DNA of 64,000 nucleotides from an uncultured Spirochaetota bacterium (GTDB lineage: Bacteria; Spirochaetota; Brevinematia; Brevinematales; JAOACQ01), in assembly GCA_963783575.1 (NCBI GenBank), contig CAWAOD010000016.1:32001-96000 (forward strand). The letters run 5' to 3'. This document shows positions 10,556 through 21,359 of this stretch, one piece after another; within the stretch, counting starts at the first letter, position 1, and each line of letters starts with the position of its first letter. Both the position numbers and the translations under genes were made by a program. The notes beneath the pieces are model-generated. The model worked only from the letters and a program-made list of their open reading frames with translations. It was not told where the DNA came from and ran no database searches.

Positions 10556-10577
10556 ACCTGTCTGCCGCCAGGCAGGT
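10556..10577. repeat. REP-like palindrome
   Basis: ACCTGTCTG-CCGC-CAGGCAGGT, a GC-rich hairpin in AT-rich intergenic DNA. Confidence 0.5.
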
Positions 10578-11330
10578 AAAACTTTTGACATTACCCAAAT
10601 CAAAAATTTAACTTAAAAGAACAATATTATACTTTCTTTTTTAAGTACCGGATAAATAAAAAGGATGCATAATTATTTATTATCTTAATTCCTGAATTGA
10701 GAGATTTTTTATATTAAACTTAATTGCTATTGACAAATAAAATTTATTGATATATTATATAAAAATACAAAAGTTTGTAAAATATATTTAATATGGGCAG
10801 CTTATCAAATATATAGGAAAAATTATTATTGTCTTATGGGGTGCTTATGCAATCACTTGTTTTCTTAAGATTTATTAGTTATTTGCCAATTCTATTTTAT
10901 ATTCAAAAAATTATAATTGATTATTCCTATCGCAAAATATATCGAAGTAAAAATCCTGATTCAAAAATACTGCCAGAAATTCAGAAGATAATTGTGAAAA
11001 ATTTAGTTGCGATAAAAAAGATTAGGAAACTTACAGGGCTTTTTCTAATGCTAAACTTATTTAATGATCTAAAATATTCAAAACTATCGCGGATTTAGCA
11101 ATTATCAAAAATCTGAAAAAGGAAGTATCATTTCTATTTCCAATGTTTTTTTTATTGAGGGGATACCTATTTATATTACTATTTAAAAAGGCAATTTTAA
11201 TCTTTATAAAATATACTGATATAATATTGTTCCGTTGATTAATTTTATTTTAGCGAATCGAATAGGGTTTATAACCGAATAAAATAGTTATTGTGTAAGT
11301 TATTGAAATATAATATTATAGGAGGAGTCT

Positions 11331-12074
11331 ATGGCTAAGTTTCTTATGTTCCTGTTGGTATCGCTAATGGTTACAACCGGTTTTGGGGAAACGATCAAGG
11401 TTGGTTTTTTTGATCTGGAACCCTATGCTATCAAGCAGGCTGATGGCAAGTACACCGGTGCGGCTATTGAATACTTCGAAAAGTACATGGCGCCGAAGAT
11501 GGGCGTCAAGGTGGAATGGTTGGGGCCTATGCCAATGACAAGGGCTTACAAAAGCCTGGATGATGGAGAGATAGACGCAAGCTTAATCGCGATTATGAAT
11601 CCGGAAAGGCGAAAAATATACCTTGTTCCGGACAACTATTATATATCTATGAAGCCAAGCCTTATCCTGCTGAAAACCAATCCCTTGAATCAGATCACGA
11701 AACCGGATGACTTGTTCAATATGACAATTGGATATGTGGAAATTGCCCAATATCCCCCGTTTATAAAAAACGATAAAATTACTATGGATCTTACAAAGGG
11801 CGCCGATTATAAAAAGAAAAATTTTGAGAAACTAAAACTGAAACGTATTGACGCTATATTTGATGCTAACGATGTTTCCAATCCTTATGAGGCTAAAAAA
11901 TTCGGAATGTATGATCAGATTAAAGTGGTGCTGCTTCCCATTGATCAAACCCCGATTTATACAGTTTTCCGGAATACGGATAAGTGCCAGAAACTAATAA
12001 AAATTTATAATGAAGTGAACAATGATCTTTACAAAACCGATACTATGGATAAGATTTTAAGTAAATACAAATAA
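11331..12074 (+). CDS. Periplasmic substrate-binding protein (SBP family 3-like)
   Basis: Signal peptide, VGFFDLEPY, RAYKSLDDGEIDA, RIDA; AGGAG RBS. Confidence 0.82.
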   Translation: MAKFLMFLLVSLMVTTGFGETIKVGFFDLEPYAIKQADGKYTGAAIEYFEKYMAPKMGVKVEWLGPMPMTRAYKSLDDGEIDASLIAIMNPERRKIYLVPDNYYISMKPSLILLKTNPLNQITKPDDLFNMTIGYVEIAQYPPFIKNDKITMDLTKGADYKKKNFEKLKLKRIDAIFDANDVSNPYEAKKFGMYDQIKVVLLPIDQTPIYTVFRNTDKCQKLIKIYNEVNNDLYKTDTMDKILSKYK

Positions 12075-12086
12075 TTATTTTTTTTA

Positions 12087-12140
12087 AACCGGGATAATCC
12101 ATTCACTAAAAAGCATGACTGGATTATCCTGGTTGTTTTT
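12087..12140 (+). terminator. Terminator/stabilising hairpin between SBP and MCP genes
   Basis: AACCGGGATAATCCA/TGGATTATCCTGGTT stem followed by GTTTTT. Confidence 0.65.
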
Positions 12141-12179
12141 ATTATTATTTAAAAGATAATAAATTGAGGAGAAAATTTT

Positions 12180-13763
12180 ATGAAGAAAAGACTTTTAATT
12201 TATCAAAAGGTAATATTAGTACAGTTAATAGCTATTATTGTAATAATGTTTTTGTTTGCCCTGTTTACGGTTATATCCAGCAGTTATACTGAAATTCAGA
12301 AGATGAAATTAAATTCCGAACAAATTCTGGCAAGGCTGACAACTTATCTGCCTGCTTCTGTTTGGAATGTCGATACTGAAGCTGCGGACAACCTCATCGG
12401 GCAGGAAATGAAGAGTGAAGATGTTCTTGGGATTATTATCAATCAGAACGGTAAATTCTGGATGGGAAAATTCAAATCGGAAAAAGGAGATATTATAAAT
12501 ATTGATGATGTTACAAAATATGAAAGCGTTCTAAAAAAGAGCTTTATGATTAAAAACAGCACGATAAATTATGAAAATAAGGGGATAGGAACTATTGAGC
12601 TTTATATAACGAACAATAATGTTTCCATAATTTTATCAAGGCTTTTATTAGGCAATATTTTGCAGATTTTGGTCTTGATAGTTATTCTGAGCATTATCAC
12701 TTTTATTGTATTGAACATTTTGCTTGCCAGACCTTTAAAACAAATCACGGAAACAGCGGCACGAATTGCCGGAGGGGATATGGAACTGCAGGCGGATGTT
12801 ATTGAAAATCAGGGAGAAATTGCGGAGCTGGCAAGAGCTTTTAATAGTATGACGGAAAAACTGAGGAATAGAATGAAAGAAAGCATCAAGACGAATGAGA
12901 TTCTGACAAAAATATTCGATAATGTTAAAGAGATAACCATCAATATTAATTCCTCTTCAAAAGAAATCGAGGCTGCCGCCCAGGAACAGACCAGCGCTTC
13001 GAATGAACATGCCAGCGGCGTAACAGAAGTCAGCGCGACGCTGGAAGAGCTTACTATAACGGCGAAGCAGATTACAACAAATGTAGGAGAACTGGTTGTC
13101 GCCAGCGGGAATGCTATTAAAATGCTTAAGGAAGGCGAGAAGGATCTTTTACAGACGGTTTCTCAACTGGACGAGGTCGGAAAAATAAGCTCAAACAATA
13201 CAACACAGATTGGAGAATTGGGAAAACGTTCGACGATAATTAACGAAATGGTAGAAATAATAAAAGAGGTCGCGAACAAAACGAATATGCTTTCGATCAA
13301 TGCATCCATCGAAGCTTCACGGGCGGGCGAGGCTGGAAAGGGATTCTCGGTGGTTGCAGCTGAAATACGCGAACTGTCAAAAGAAACCATTACCTCGGCA
13401 AAGAATGTTGAAAAAGCGGCCAAAGAAATTCAGGATTTTTTAAATTCGATCATTATCTCCTCAGAAAGTGAATCGGAGAAAGTATTAAACAGCGGTAAAG
13501 TTGTAAAACTGATAAAAGAAAAGATAGAGGAAGTCACTTCCAATATCAACAATAATTATACCTTTTCACAGAAAATCGATGTCTCGATAAAACAGCAGGA
13601 AAGCGGTTCCAGGCAGGCTACCGAAACAATGAGGCAGATGGCTGAGATCGCCAGGCAATCAGCTGAGACGGCCAGGCAGACACTGCTTGCGGTAAAAGAT
13701 ATTGTTGGTTTCAGCACTGAACTGGATATGGTTTTAAAATTGGTTAAATCGGATGAACTGTAA
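12180..13763 (+). CDS. Methyl-accepting chemotaxis protein (2 TM, HAMP, MA domain)
   Basis: GEIAELARAFNSM HAMP motif; TNMLSINASIEASRAGEAGKGFSVVAAEIRELS. Confidence 0.95.
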   Translation: MKKRLLIYQKVILVQLIAIIVIMFLFALFTVISSSYTEIQKMKLNSEQILARLTTYLPASVWNVDTEAADNLIGQEMKSEDVLGIIINQNGKFWMGKFKSEKGDIINIDDVTKYESVLKKSFMIKNSTINYENKGIGTIELYITNNNVSIILSRLLLGNILQILVLIVILSIITFIVLNILLARPLKQITETAARIAGGDMELQADVIENQGEIAELARAFNSMTEKLRNRMKESIKTNEILTKIFDNVKEITININSSSKEIEAAAQEQTSASNEHASGVTEVSATLEELTITAKQITTNVGELVVASGNAIKMLKEGEKDLLQTVSQLDEVGKISSNNTTQIGELGKRSTIINEMVEIIKEVANKTNMLSINASIEASRAGEAGKGFSVVAAEIRELSKETITSAKNVEKAAKEIQDFLNSIIISSESESEKVLNSGKVVKLIKEKIEEVTSNINNNYTFSQKIDVSIKQQESGSRQATETMRQMAEIARQSAETARQTLLAVKDIVGFSTELDMVLKLVKSDEL

Positions 13764-13820
13764 GGTTGATATAACTCCGGGAGATATTGATGTTTTTAAA
13801 ATAAAATAAGGATAAACAAA

Positions 13821-14981
13821 TTGAAAGAAATAAAAGTTTTGATTATCGATGATTCCAGTTTAGTTCATATTTTATTGCAAAAGGTGTTATCCGAACATAA
13901 AGATCTCAAAATTGTCGGGGACGCTTATGACGGCGGGGAAGGCATAGAGATGGTAAGGAAATTATCCCCGGATGTCATTATTATGGATATTGGGATGCCG
14001 AAAGTAAATGGTCTTGATGCGATTCATGATATAATGTGCGAAACTCCAACACCTATAGTAGTTTTTTCAGCGGCGAGCAAGGATAATGTCGATCTCAGTT
14101 TTAAAGCGATAGAACTTGGAGCGGTCGAACTTATAGAAAAACCGTTTGCCGATGACATTTCCGCGCTTAAAATAATTATAGAAGAAAAGCTTATTAAATC
14201 AATCAGAACTTTCGCGGATTTCAAAGTAATTAGAAGAATTAAGCACACCCCTGAAAGCTTAAAGCATATAAATCCGCATAAACAGGAAGAATCGAAAGAG
14301 CGAATCAGCGAAAAACCTGTTCAAAAAGATGAAAAGAGGCCCGCAAACCATATTGAAGTTTCTGATCAAATAAAAACGGATAATGTTCCTATAAAAGGTT
14401 TCCCGGTAATAGGGATTGTCGCCAGTACCGGCGGTCCTCAAACCATTAAAACATTGCTTAAAGATCTGTCTGTTGAAGAAATGGGCGCCGGGATTGTAAT
14501 TTTACAGCATATTTCGGATGGGTTTATTGAGGGGTTTTGTTCCTGGCTTAATGAAGAATCACCTGTACCGGTAGCATTGGCGGTTGAAGGTGAATCTGTC
14601 AGGCCGGGAGTTATCTATGTAGCTCCCGAAGGGCATCATTTGATTTTCGATAATCATGGAAAATTTTTATTTAATAATGATCCGCCCATTGTTGGAATAA
14701 GGCCTTCCGCTGATATGATGCTTAGTTTTCTGGGAAAGACTTTCAAAGAGAGAGCGGTTGCTGTTGTGCTTACAGGTATGGGCAGCGACGGGACTAAAGG
14801 GATAAGAGATATAAAGGAAAACGGGGGATTTATTATAGCTCAGGACGAGGGAAGCAGTCTCATTTTTGGTATGCCTAAGTCTGCAATTGATACCGGGATG
14901 GTTGACAAAGTTCTTAATATTTCTCAGATCCCAGAATTTTTAAAGAGGTTATGTAATGAAAGATTTAGATATATTGCCTGA
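13821..14981 (+). CDS. cheB: Chemotaxis methylesterase (REC + CheB)
   Basis: IIDDS, IMDIGMP, ASTGGP, LQHI, RPSAD, LTGMGSDG; catalytic S/H/D present. Confidence 0.95.
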   Translation: MKEIKVLIIDDSSLVHILLQKVLSEHKDLKIVGDAYDGGEGIEMVRKLSPDVIIMDIGMPKVNGLDAIHDIMCETPTPIVVFSAASKDNVDLSFKAIELGAVELIEKPFADDISALKIIIEEKLIKSIRTFADFKVIRRIKHTPESLKHINPHKQEESKERISEKPVQKDEKRPANHIEVSDQIKTDNVPIKGFPVIGIVASTGGPQTIKTLLKDLSVEEMGAGIVILQHISDGFIEGFCSWLNEESPVPVALAVEGESVRPGVIYVAPEGHHLIFDNHGKFLFNNDPPIVGIRPSADMMLSFLGKTFKERAVAVVLTGMGSDGTKGIRDIKENGGFIIAQDEGSSLIFGMPKSAIDTGMVDKVLNISQIPEFLKRLCNERFRYIA

Positions 14982-16413
14982 ATACATTACTAAAAAGATT
15001 AAGGAAATTATTAAGGAAGAATCCGGGATAATTATTAATGACGATAGGGAAATAGATTTTGAAATAGTCATCAGGGGAAGAATCATAAATAATAAAGTCA
15101 ACCCGGCAGATTATATTGATTTATTGAAATCAAATGACAATGAAATAATTACCGTCGCTTCTTTTTTTACAATCCAGGAGAGCAGTTTTTACAGGAATAA
15201 GAATCATTTTGACCGTTTGAGAAATCATATTTTTCCGGCAATTAGGTTTGAGAAGGAAAAACAAAACAATAGAAATATCAGAATTTTATCCGCAGGCTGT
15301 GCTACGGGAGAGGAACCTTATACTATCGCGATGATATTTAATGATTTGTTTACCGGCTCAAGCCAATGGAATATTGAGATTATCGCCACGGATATCAATA
15401 AAAAAGCCCTGGAATTTGCTAAGGAAGGAGTATATTCCGAATATAAGCTCAGGAATATCGAGGATTATTATAAATCAAGGTATTATGATATCATAAAAAA
15501 AGATAAAATCACTACTTATAAGGTTAAGGAAGATATAAAAAAGTATATTAAATTTAAGCAGTGTAATTTAATTAAGGAACCTTTCGTGCTAAATGATCTT
15601 AATAATGTTGATATTATTTTTTGTGAGAATGTTATCATTTACTTTTGTCAGGAATCTGTTCAGAGATTAATAAATAATTTTTACAATATTTTGGGGGAAA
15701 ATGGCTATCTATTTCTCGGGTATTCAGAAACACTGAATATGATAAAGCATAATTTTAATTTATCCTGGTGGAATGATTCTTTCGCATATCAGAAAAATGA
15801 AAATGCAAGACAAAAAGAGAATAGTGTAAATATAACAGGTTTTACTGATAAAATAGAAGAAATCAAAAATGACGGCATTAATATAATATCCTATAAAGAC
15901 TTTATTTTCCTGGCCGTACAGAATTATAAAAAGGGTTTAATAGAAAATGTTTCAACAATTCTTGAGGAAATGGAAAAAAGGAAAGTTGAACTGAAAGAGG
16001 ATTTTTATATCATAAAAGCTGAGTTCCTTTGCGATAAAGAAGATTACATGAACGCGGCAAATTTATGCAGAAATGTGATATCGATGAATCCGTATAATAT
16101 TGACGCTCATCTGATATTATGCAATATATACATTCAAATTGGGATGTATGAAAAAGCGGAATTTGAAATCAAAACAGCTTTATATATTGATGAAAACTCT
16201 ATTTTAGCGCATTATTTTTATGCCATCTATTATTATCAAATAAAAAATATACCGGTTAGTCTGGATTATTTAAAAAAGGCATATGAGATATCTATGAAAA
16301 AGGGTACTATGTTTGAAGATATATTATATCCGATCAATGAAAATAAAAGAAATTCTATCCGAAATAGGATCTTGAGTTACCATGAACAGAATTTTTCAGA
16401 GATTTTTAAATGA
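14956..16413 (+). CDS. cheR: CheR methyltransferase with C-terminal TPR repeats
   Basis: ESSFYR, SAGCATGEEPYTIA, ATDIN, DIIFCENVIIYF, GYLFLGYSE; helical TPR-like tail. Confidence 0.92.
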   Translation: MKDLDILPEYITKKIKEIIKEESGIIINDDREIDFEIVIRGRIINNKVNPADYIDLLKSNDNEIITVASFFTIQESSFYRNKNHFDRLRNHIFPAIRFEKEKQNNRNIRILSAGCATGEEPYTIAMIFNDLFTGSSQWNIEIIATDINKKALEFAKEGVYSEYKLRNIEDYYKSRYYDIIKKDKITTYKVKEDIKKYIKFKQCNLIKEPFVLNDLNNVDIIFCENVIIYFCQESVQRLINNFYNILGENGYLFLGYSETLNMIKHNFNLSWWNDSFAYQKNENARQKENSVNITGFTDKIEEIKNDGINIISYKDFIFLAVQNYKKGLIENVSTILEEMEKRKVELKEDFYIIKAEFLCDKEDYMNAANLCRNVISMNPYNIDAHLILCNIYIQIGMYEKAEFEIKTALYIDENSILAHYFYAIYYYQIKNIPVSLDYLKKAYEISMKKGTMFEDILYPINENKRNSIRNRILSYHEQNFSEIFK

Positions 16414-16636
16414 TGATAAGTTATTTTTCATTTTCCAATAGAGTTAATGAAAAAAGAAACACAAAAAGTGAAAGGTTTGATATGAATTCAATAAAAAATT
16501 AATATTGAAATGTTAACATAAAAGCCTTGATGATGTTATAATAGCAATTTATAATATTGTTGAGTTTTCCTAAAATCATGGCTAATAAAATCATAATTGG
16601 GATTGGAAAATCTGAAAAATTATTAGGATAAAAACA

Positions 16637-17149
16637 ATGAAACAAAAGAATAACATTAATGAGATCATTGAAGCGAAAAAAAATGAATCGTTAAAAAAAG
16701 GTGAGACATCGAAATTTGTAAAAGAGCTTCTGATTATTGAAATAAACGCTTCTTATTACGCTATTCAACTGGAATATTTAAGGGAAGTTCTGGATGTTCC
16801 GGATAAAGAATCGATTATTCCGATTCCATTTACCCCATCATATATAATCGGAGTTATGAATTTAAGGGGTGATATTATTCCGGTTATTTCAATTCTGGAA
16901 ATACTGGGGATTAATGAAAAAGAAAAGGATAATCTTAAACTTGCCGTTCTGGATTTAAAATTTAAAATTGCGTTTCCTTTTAAAGATATTATTGATCTGG
17001 AAGCGGTTGAGGTTAGAGAAATGAAAGAATTGAAAAATGCTGCTAAAAAAGAAGATGAACAGTTTATCTCTTATGAACTGGATTACCATGGTAAAACTGT
17101 CAGTGTAATTGATATTTATAAAGTATATTCATCACGTTATTTTAAATAG
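16637..17149 (+). CDS. cheW: CheW coupling protein
   Basis: IPIPFTPSYIIGVMNLRGDIIPVI. Confidence 0.9.
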   Translation: MKQKNNINEIIEAKKNESLKKGETSKFVKELLIIEINASYYAIQLEYLREVLDVPDKESIIPIPFTPSYIIGVMNLRGDIIPVISILEILGINEKEKDNLKLAVLDLKFKIAFPFKDIIDLEAVEVREMKELKNAAKKEDEQFISYELDYHGKTVSVIDIYKVYSSRYFK

Positions 17150-17155
17150 GTGATT

Positions 17156-17545
17156 ATGAATAATATTGATATTTTGATTTTTAAAATGGGGAATCTTACA
17201 GTCGGTATAAACTGCTCAGAGATTATACAGGTAATTATAAATAAGGCTATTATCGCAGGGTTTATAGATTTTGATAGTGAAGAATACCGTTATTATAAAT
17301 TGGGTGAAATTCTTAATTTAAAAGATGAAATTGAATATAAGACACTGCTTCTGATTGAAGGAACGGATAATAAAAAATATTCACTGCACATTTCTTCTTC
17401 CCTGGAGGTAATAAGTGCCGGTGTGCCGGATATATTAATTATGCCTGAATTTATCAGGAATAAACAGGTCCCTTTTATTAACTGGGGATTTTATGAAAGG
17501 GAAGACGGCATAGTAATGCTGATAACATTTAATTATTATAAATAA
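17156..17545 (+). CDS. Divergent CheW-like protein
   Basis: ILIFKMGNLTVGINCSEIIQV start, size, and position between cheW and cheA. Confidence 0.55.
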   Translation: MNNIDILIFKMGNLTVGINCSEIIQVIINKAIIAGFIDFDSEEYRYYKLGEILNLKDEIEYKTLLLIEGTDNKKYSLHISSSLEVISAGVPDILIMPEFIRNKQVPFINWGFYEREDGIVMLITFNYYK

Positions 17546-17557
17546 AAAGTAGGTTTT

Positions 17558-19786
17558 ATGGCTGATCAAAACTTTAATCTGGAAATGATCGATTTTTTCA
17601 AGCAGGAAGCGAATGCTCATATACTAAAGGTTAATAATTTGCTGCTGGCTATTGAGAAAGACGGAGGAAACACCGGAAATTTTTCTAAAATTAAAAGTGA
17701 GATGCATACCCTTAAGGGTGACGCGAGAATGATGGGATTGATGAGCATCAGCGGCGCCGCGCATAAAGTTGAGGATTTATTTGAGATTTTAATTAAGAGC
17801 AATAAATTCGATGATAAAAATCTTATAAAAAATTTGTTTAAAGCGCTGGACGCAATACAAAATGCTACTGATTCTCTTCCGGAAAGCCTGGTTGAAATTG
17901 ATCTGTCTTTTGTTTTTCCGGATCAGGAAACTGAACCGGTGGAGAATAAGCAGGATGTTATACTATTTGAAGAGAAAGAAATTGAAAAGCAAATTGATAA
18001 AGTATTTGATAAAAAAGAAAAAAAGGTGGAAGAACCGGAAATTGTAATAGAAAATAAAATTGAAGGGCAAACAGAAAAAATTGCCGGTGTAAAAGCGAAT
18101 GAAAATGAAGAAAAAGTGAAAAAAGAATCTTTACAGGAGGTTAAAACCGAATATTTAAATATAAATATCTTAAAAATAGATGAATTAATTGCTTTGAGCG
18201 GTGAATTTGTCAGGTATTACGGTAGATTTAATTATATTTTAAATAAAATGATTCAAGTATCCGGTGAAATTGAAGAAAAACAAAATTCTGAAGATGAAGG
18301 TATTTTAAAATCCTTAGAAAATTTAATATATGATTTTTCAAAAAATCTGGCTTTTTTTGATCTTACATCCAGGCAGTTTCAAAACGAAATAACCAATCTT
18401 AAATTGGTCCCTCTTTCAACAATTTTCGATCTTTTCCCAAGGCTGGTCAGGGATATTGCCGAAACTACAAAGAAGGAAATTAACTTTATAATTGAAGGAA
18501 AAGATGTTGAACTTGATAAGATTATTGTTGAAAAACTTAAAACAATTCTTATCCATATTTTGAGAAACGCAATTGACCATGGCTGTGAAACCCCGGAAAT
18601 CAGGGGGAAAATTGGAAAGCCTAAAGAAGCGCATGTAATCCTTAAGGCTGTTAACAGGGGAGATAACGTTGAGATCGAAGTCAGCGATGATGGCGGCGGG
18701 CTGGATATAGAGAAAATCCGGGCAAAAGCCATACAAAAAGGTATGGTCCAGGAAAAGAAGGCGTTTTCAATGACGGATGATGAAATTATATCCTATATAT
18801 TTGAACCTGGATTTTCAACTAAAGAAGTCGGAGCATTTTCAGGCAGAGGGATCGGGATGGATATTGTAGCGACTACCGTTAAAGAATTAAATGGGGAAGT
18901 AAAAGTACGGACCGTGAAGAATAAAGGCACATCATTTACAATTATCCTGCCGCTTATCAGTTCATTTATTCCTATTACAACTATATTACTTAATAATACA
19001 CTCTTCGGAATACCTTCTTCTTATATCAAACTGGTGCAGAGAGCAAAAGCGGATGATATTAAAATGTCCGGTGATAAACAGAAGATCGTAACAATTAATA
19101 ATACCGATATTTCAATAGTAGATCTTCAGGCGATGTTAGGGCTTGGTTTTGAGGATTTTGGAAAAAATAAAAATATCATTATTGTAAAATACCAGGATGA
19201 GATATCCGGTTTTATTGTTACGGATATTCTGCAAGAGAAGAAAATGGTAATAAAACAAATTACAGGCGTAGCGGATAAATGCAGTTCGGTAATCGGTGCG
19301 GTTATTGGTGATATGAGGATTATCCCCGTTTTAAATATACCTGAATTATTCAGGGTTTTAAAAACCGGTAATATTAATATATCAAAAGTTAAAGATGACA
19401 GGGAAAATGAGAGGCGTATCTGGGTAAAAAATGTATTGTTAGTTGAAGATTCGGCTTTAACCAGAAATCTGGAGAAAAAGATACTGCTCAATCAAAATCT
19501 TAATGTGTTTGAAGCGGCAAACGGGAAGGAAGCCGTTGACCTGCTAAATAGTAAGCATTTTGACCTGATTATTACGGATATTGAGATGCCTGTTATGAAT
19601 GGGATTGAACTGGTAAACTATGTTAAAGAAAGAGATGAATTCTCCGGGATACCGATCGTTATAGTCAGCAGTTACAAAACCTATGAGGAAAAAATATCCG
19701 GGCTTGGGGTCAATCATTTTATCAGCAAAGGTGATTTTACCACCCAGAGATTAATGGATATTCTGATGTTTGAAAAGATTTTATAA
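17558..19786 (+). CDS. cheA: Hybrid CheA (HPt-dimer-HATPase-CheW-REC)
   Basis: MHTLKGDA, HILRNAIDHG, DDGGG, FEPGFST, SGRGIGMD, C-terminal REC (LVEDS, ITDIEMP). Confidence 0.95.
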   Translation: MADQNFNLEMIDFFKQEANAHILKVNNLLLAIEKDGGNTGNFSKIKSEMHTLKGDARMMGLMSISGAAHKVEDLFEILIKSNKFDDKNLIKNLFKALDAIQNATDSLPESLVEIDLSFVFPDQETEPVENKQDVILFEEKEIEKQIDKVFDKKEKKVEEPEIVIENKIEGQTEKIAGVKANENEEKVKKESLQEVKTEYLNINILKIDELIALSGEFVRYYGRFNYILNKMIQVSGEIEEKQNSEDEGILKSLENLIYDFSKNLAFFDLTSRQFQNEITNLKLVPLSTIFDLFPRLVRDIAETTKKEINFIIEGKDVELDKIIVEKLKTILIHILRNAIDHGCETPEIRGKIGKPKEAHVILKAVNRGDNVEIEVSDDGGGLDIEKIRAKAIQKGMVQEKKAFSMTDDEIISYIFEPGFSTKEVGAFSGRGIGMDIVATTVKELNGEVKVRTVKNKGTSFTIILPLISSFIPITTILLNNTLFGIPSSYIKLVQRAKADDIKMSGDKQKIVTINNTDISIVDLQAMLGLGFEDFGKNKNIIIVKYQDEISGFIVTDILQEKKMVIKQITGVADKCSSVIGAVIGDMRIIPVLNIPELFRVLKTGNINISKVKDDRENERRIWVKNVLLVEDSALTRNLEKKILLNQNLNVFEAANGKEAVDLLNSKHFDLIITDIEMPVMNGIELVNYVKERDEFSGIPIVIVSSYKTYEEKISGLGVNHFISKGDFTTQRLMDILMFEKIL

Positions 19787-19790
19787 TAAC

Positions 19791-19808
19791 AAGGGGCTTA
19801 AGCCCCTT
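19791..19808. terminator. Hairpin between cheA and second MCP
   Basis: AAGGGGCT-TA-AGCCCCTT. Confidence 0.5.
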
Positions 19809-19828
19809 ATTATTATAAGGAATATTTT

Positions 19829-21325
19829 ATGATAAAAAAAAAGAAATCTGCATACATTGCAATTACCGCATTAATTGGTTTTCTTTATATTTTATATTTT
19901 ATCTTTGAAGCGGGTATTGATCCAACCATTAGAAAAATAATATTGGCAATTACCATGCTGATTACCATTGGCGCTCTTATTTATTTATATTTACAAATTG
20001 GTATGAGTGAGCGTGAAAACAAAAATTTATTCGATAAATTATCGAATTTTTTTATTTTTACAAATAAATTCTATAACCATTATTTTGAATTTTATGAAAA
20101 CTTTCTTTCTTCAATCGAAGGAATACTTAATAACAATGTGAATGTTAAATTAAAGCCTGATTCGGAGTCCGGAATGCCGAAATTGCTGAAGGATAATTTT
20201 AATCAGGATGAATTATTTGGAGCTGTGGATTCTTTGATAAGCAGATTTGATAAGCTGACAGATGATTTTGAAAATGATAATAATGCTGTAATAATAGAAT
20301 TAAAAGAAAATTTAGGTAAATCGATTTTAAAAAAAGAAATGAGCGCTATTTTACTTGAAACAAAATATTATTCTGATGTTATTATCGAATTTATGGAATC
20401 CATAATAAAGAATTTGAATGAATCATCCGAGCCTCTATCCAATGGAGTTTATAAAATAAAGCTTAAAACCAGTGATTTTTTGAATAGTGTGACCAAATGG
20501 AACAATGATCTTACAAATGAAGATAGCGAGAAAAATTTTAACAAAATTATAGCAAAATATAACAATCAGAATGATGAATTTAAAAATATATTTTCGAATG
20601 TAAATGAAAATTATAATTTTTTAGAAAAAAATTTGAATAATATCAGTTTGATGTTCAAAAAGTTATTGGAAAGCGCCGATGCGATCCATGACATAGCGGA
20701 AAGTATCAGAGTCCTGTCTATAAATGCCTCCATTGAATCCGTAAGGGCTGGAAATTTCGGTAAAGGTTTTAAAATAGTTGCGGATGAAGTAAAAAAGTTA
20801 TCTGGCACAACGCAAGCCTATATTAAAAATATAATACCATTAATCAAGGAAACAGATAACATTGTTTCCAGGACATTGAACAGCTTTGAGACTGGGAAAA
20901 ATATCATCATCGATAAAATAAGCCTGCAAAAAAATGAATTCCAGCATTTTTATGATACATTGTCTGATTATTACAATGATTTTAAAAAGATATTTTCTTC
21001 CATCGCCAATGTTATAAATGAGGTTAACTTGAACATTGACAGTCTTGTGCCTATCTTTCATCTTAGTAATCTGTCAATCCAGGAAATGGAAAATATCAAC
21101 CGGATGATCAGGATTTTTCTGGATAAATATAATATCGAACTCACTGACAGTGAGCAGGCTGTTAATGATAATGACAAGAAGCAGATGTTCGAAAACCTTA
21201 TATTATCATTTAAAAAAGTAACGACAACTGAAAAAGAAATTGATGTTATCAATAGTATACTTAAAAAGCTGGATTTTAAAATCGATGAAATGAAAAAAAC
21301 GGATAAAACCGTGGAATTGTTTTAA
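19829..21325 (+). CDS. Atypical MCP (2 adjacent N-terminal TMs, MA core)
   Basis: IRVLSINASIESVRAGNFGKGFKIVADEVKKLS; C-terminal VELF resembling a pentapeptide tether. Confidence 0.85.
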   Translation: MIKKKKSAYIAITALIGFLYILYFIFEAGIDPTIRKIILAITMLITIGALIYLYLQIGMSERENKNLFDKLSNFFIFTNKFYNHYFEFYENFLSSIEGILNNNVNVKLKPDSESGMPKLLKDNFNQDELFGAVDSLISRFDKLTDDFENDNNAVIIELKENLGKSILKKEMSAILLETKYYSDVIIEFMESIIKNLNESSEPLSNGVYKIKLKTSDFLNSVTKWNNDLTNEDSEKNFNKIIAKYNNQNDEFKNIFSNVNENYNFLEKNLNNISLMFKKLLESADAIHDIAESIRVLSINASIESVRAGNFGKGFKIVADEVKKLSGTTQAYIKNIIPLIKETDNIVSRTLNSFETGKNIIIDKISLQKNEFQHFYDTLSDYYNDFKKIFSSIANVINEVNLNIDSLVPIFHLSNLSIQEMENINRMIRIFLDKYNIELTDSEQAVNDNDKKQMFENLILSFKKVTTTEKEIDVINSILKKLDFKIDEMKKTDKTVELF

Positions 21326-21359
21326 TAAGCGCATCGGAATTTTAAGGTAGAGGTATATT

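Noticed and set aside
10829..11098. 89-aa ORF
   Set aside because: TTG start with no clear RBS, very AT-rich, and no recognisable motif.
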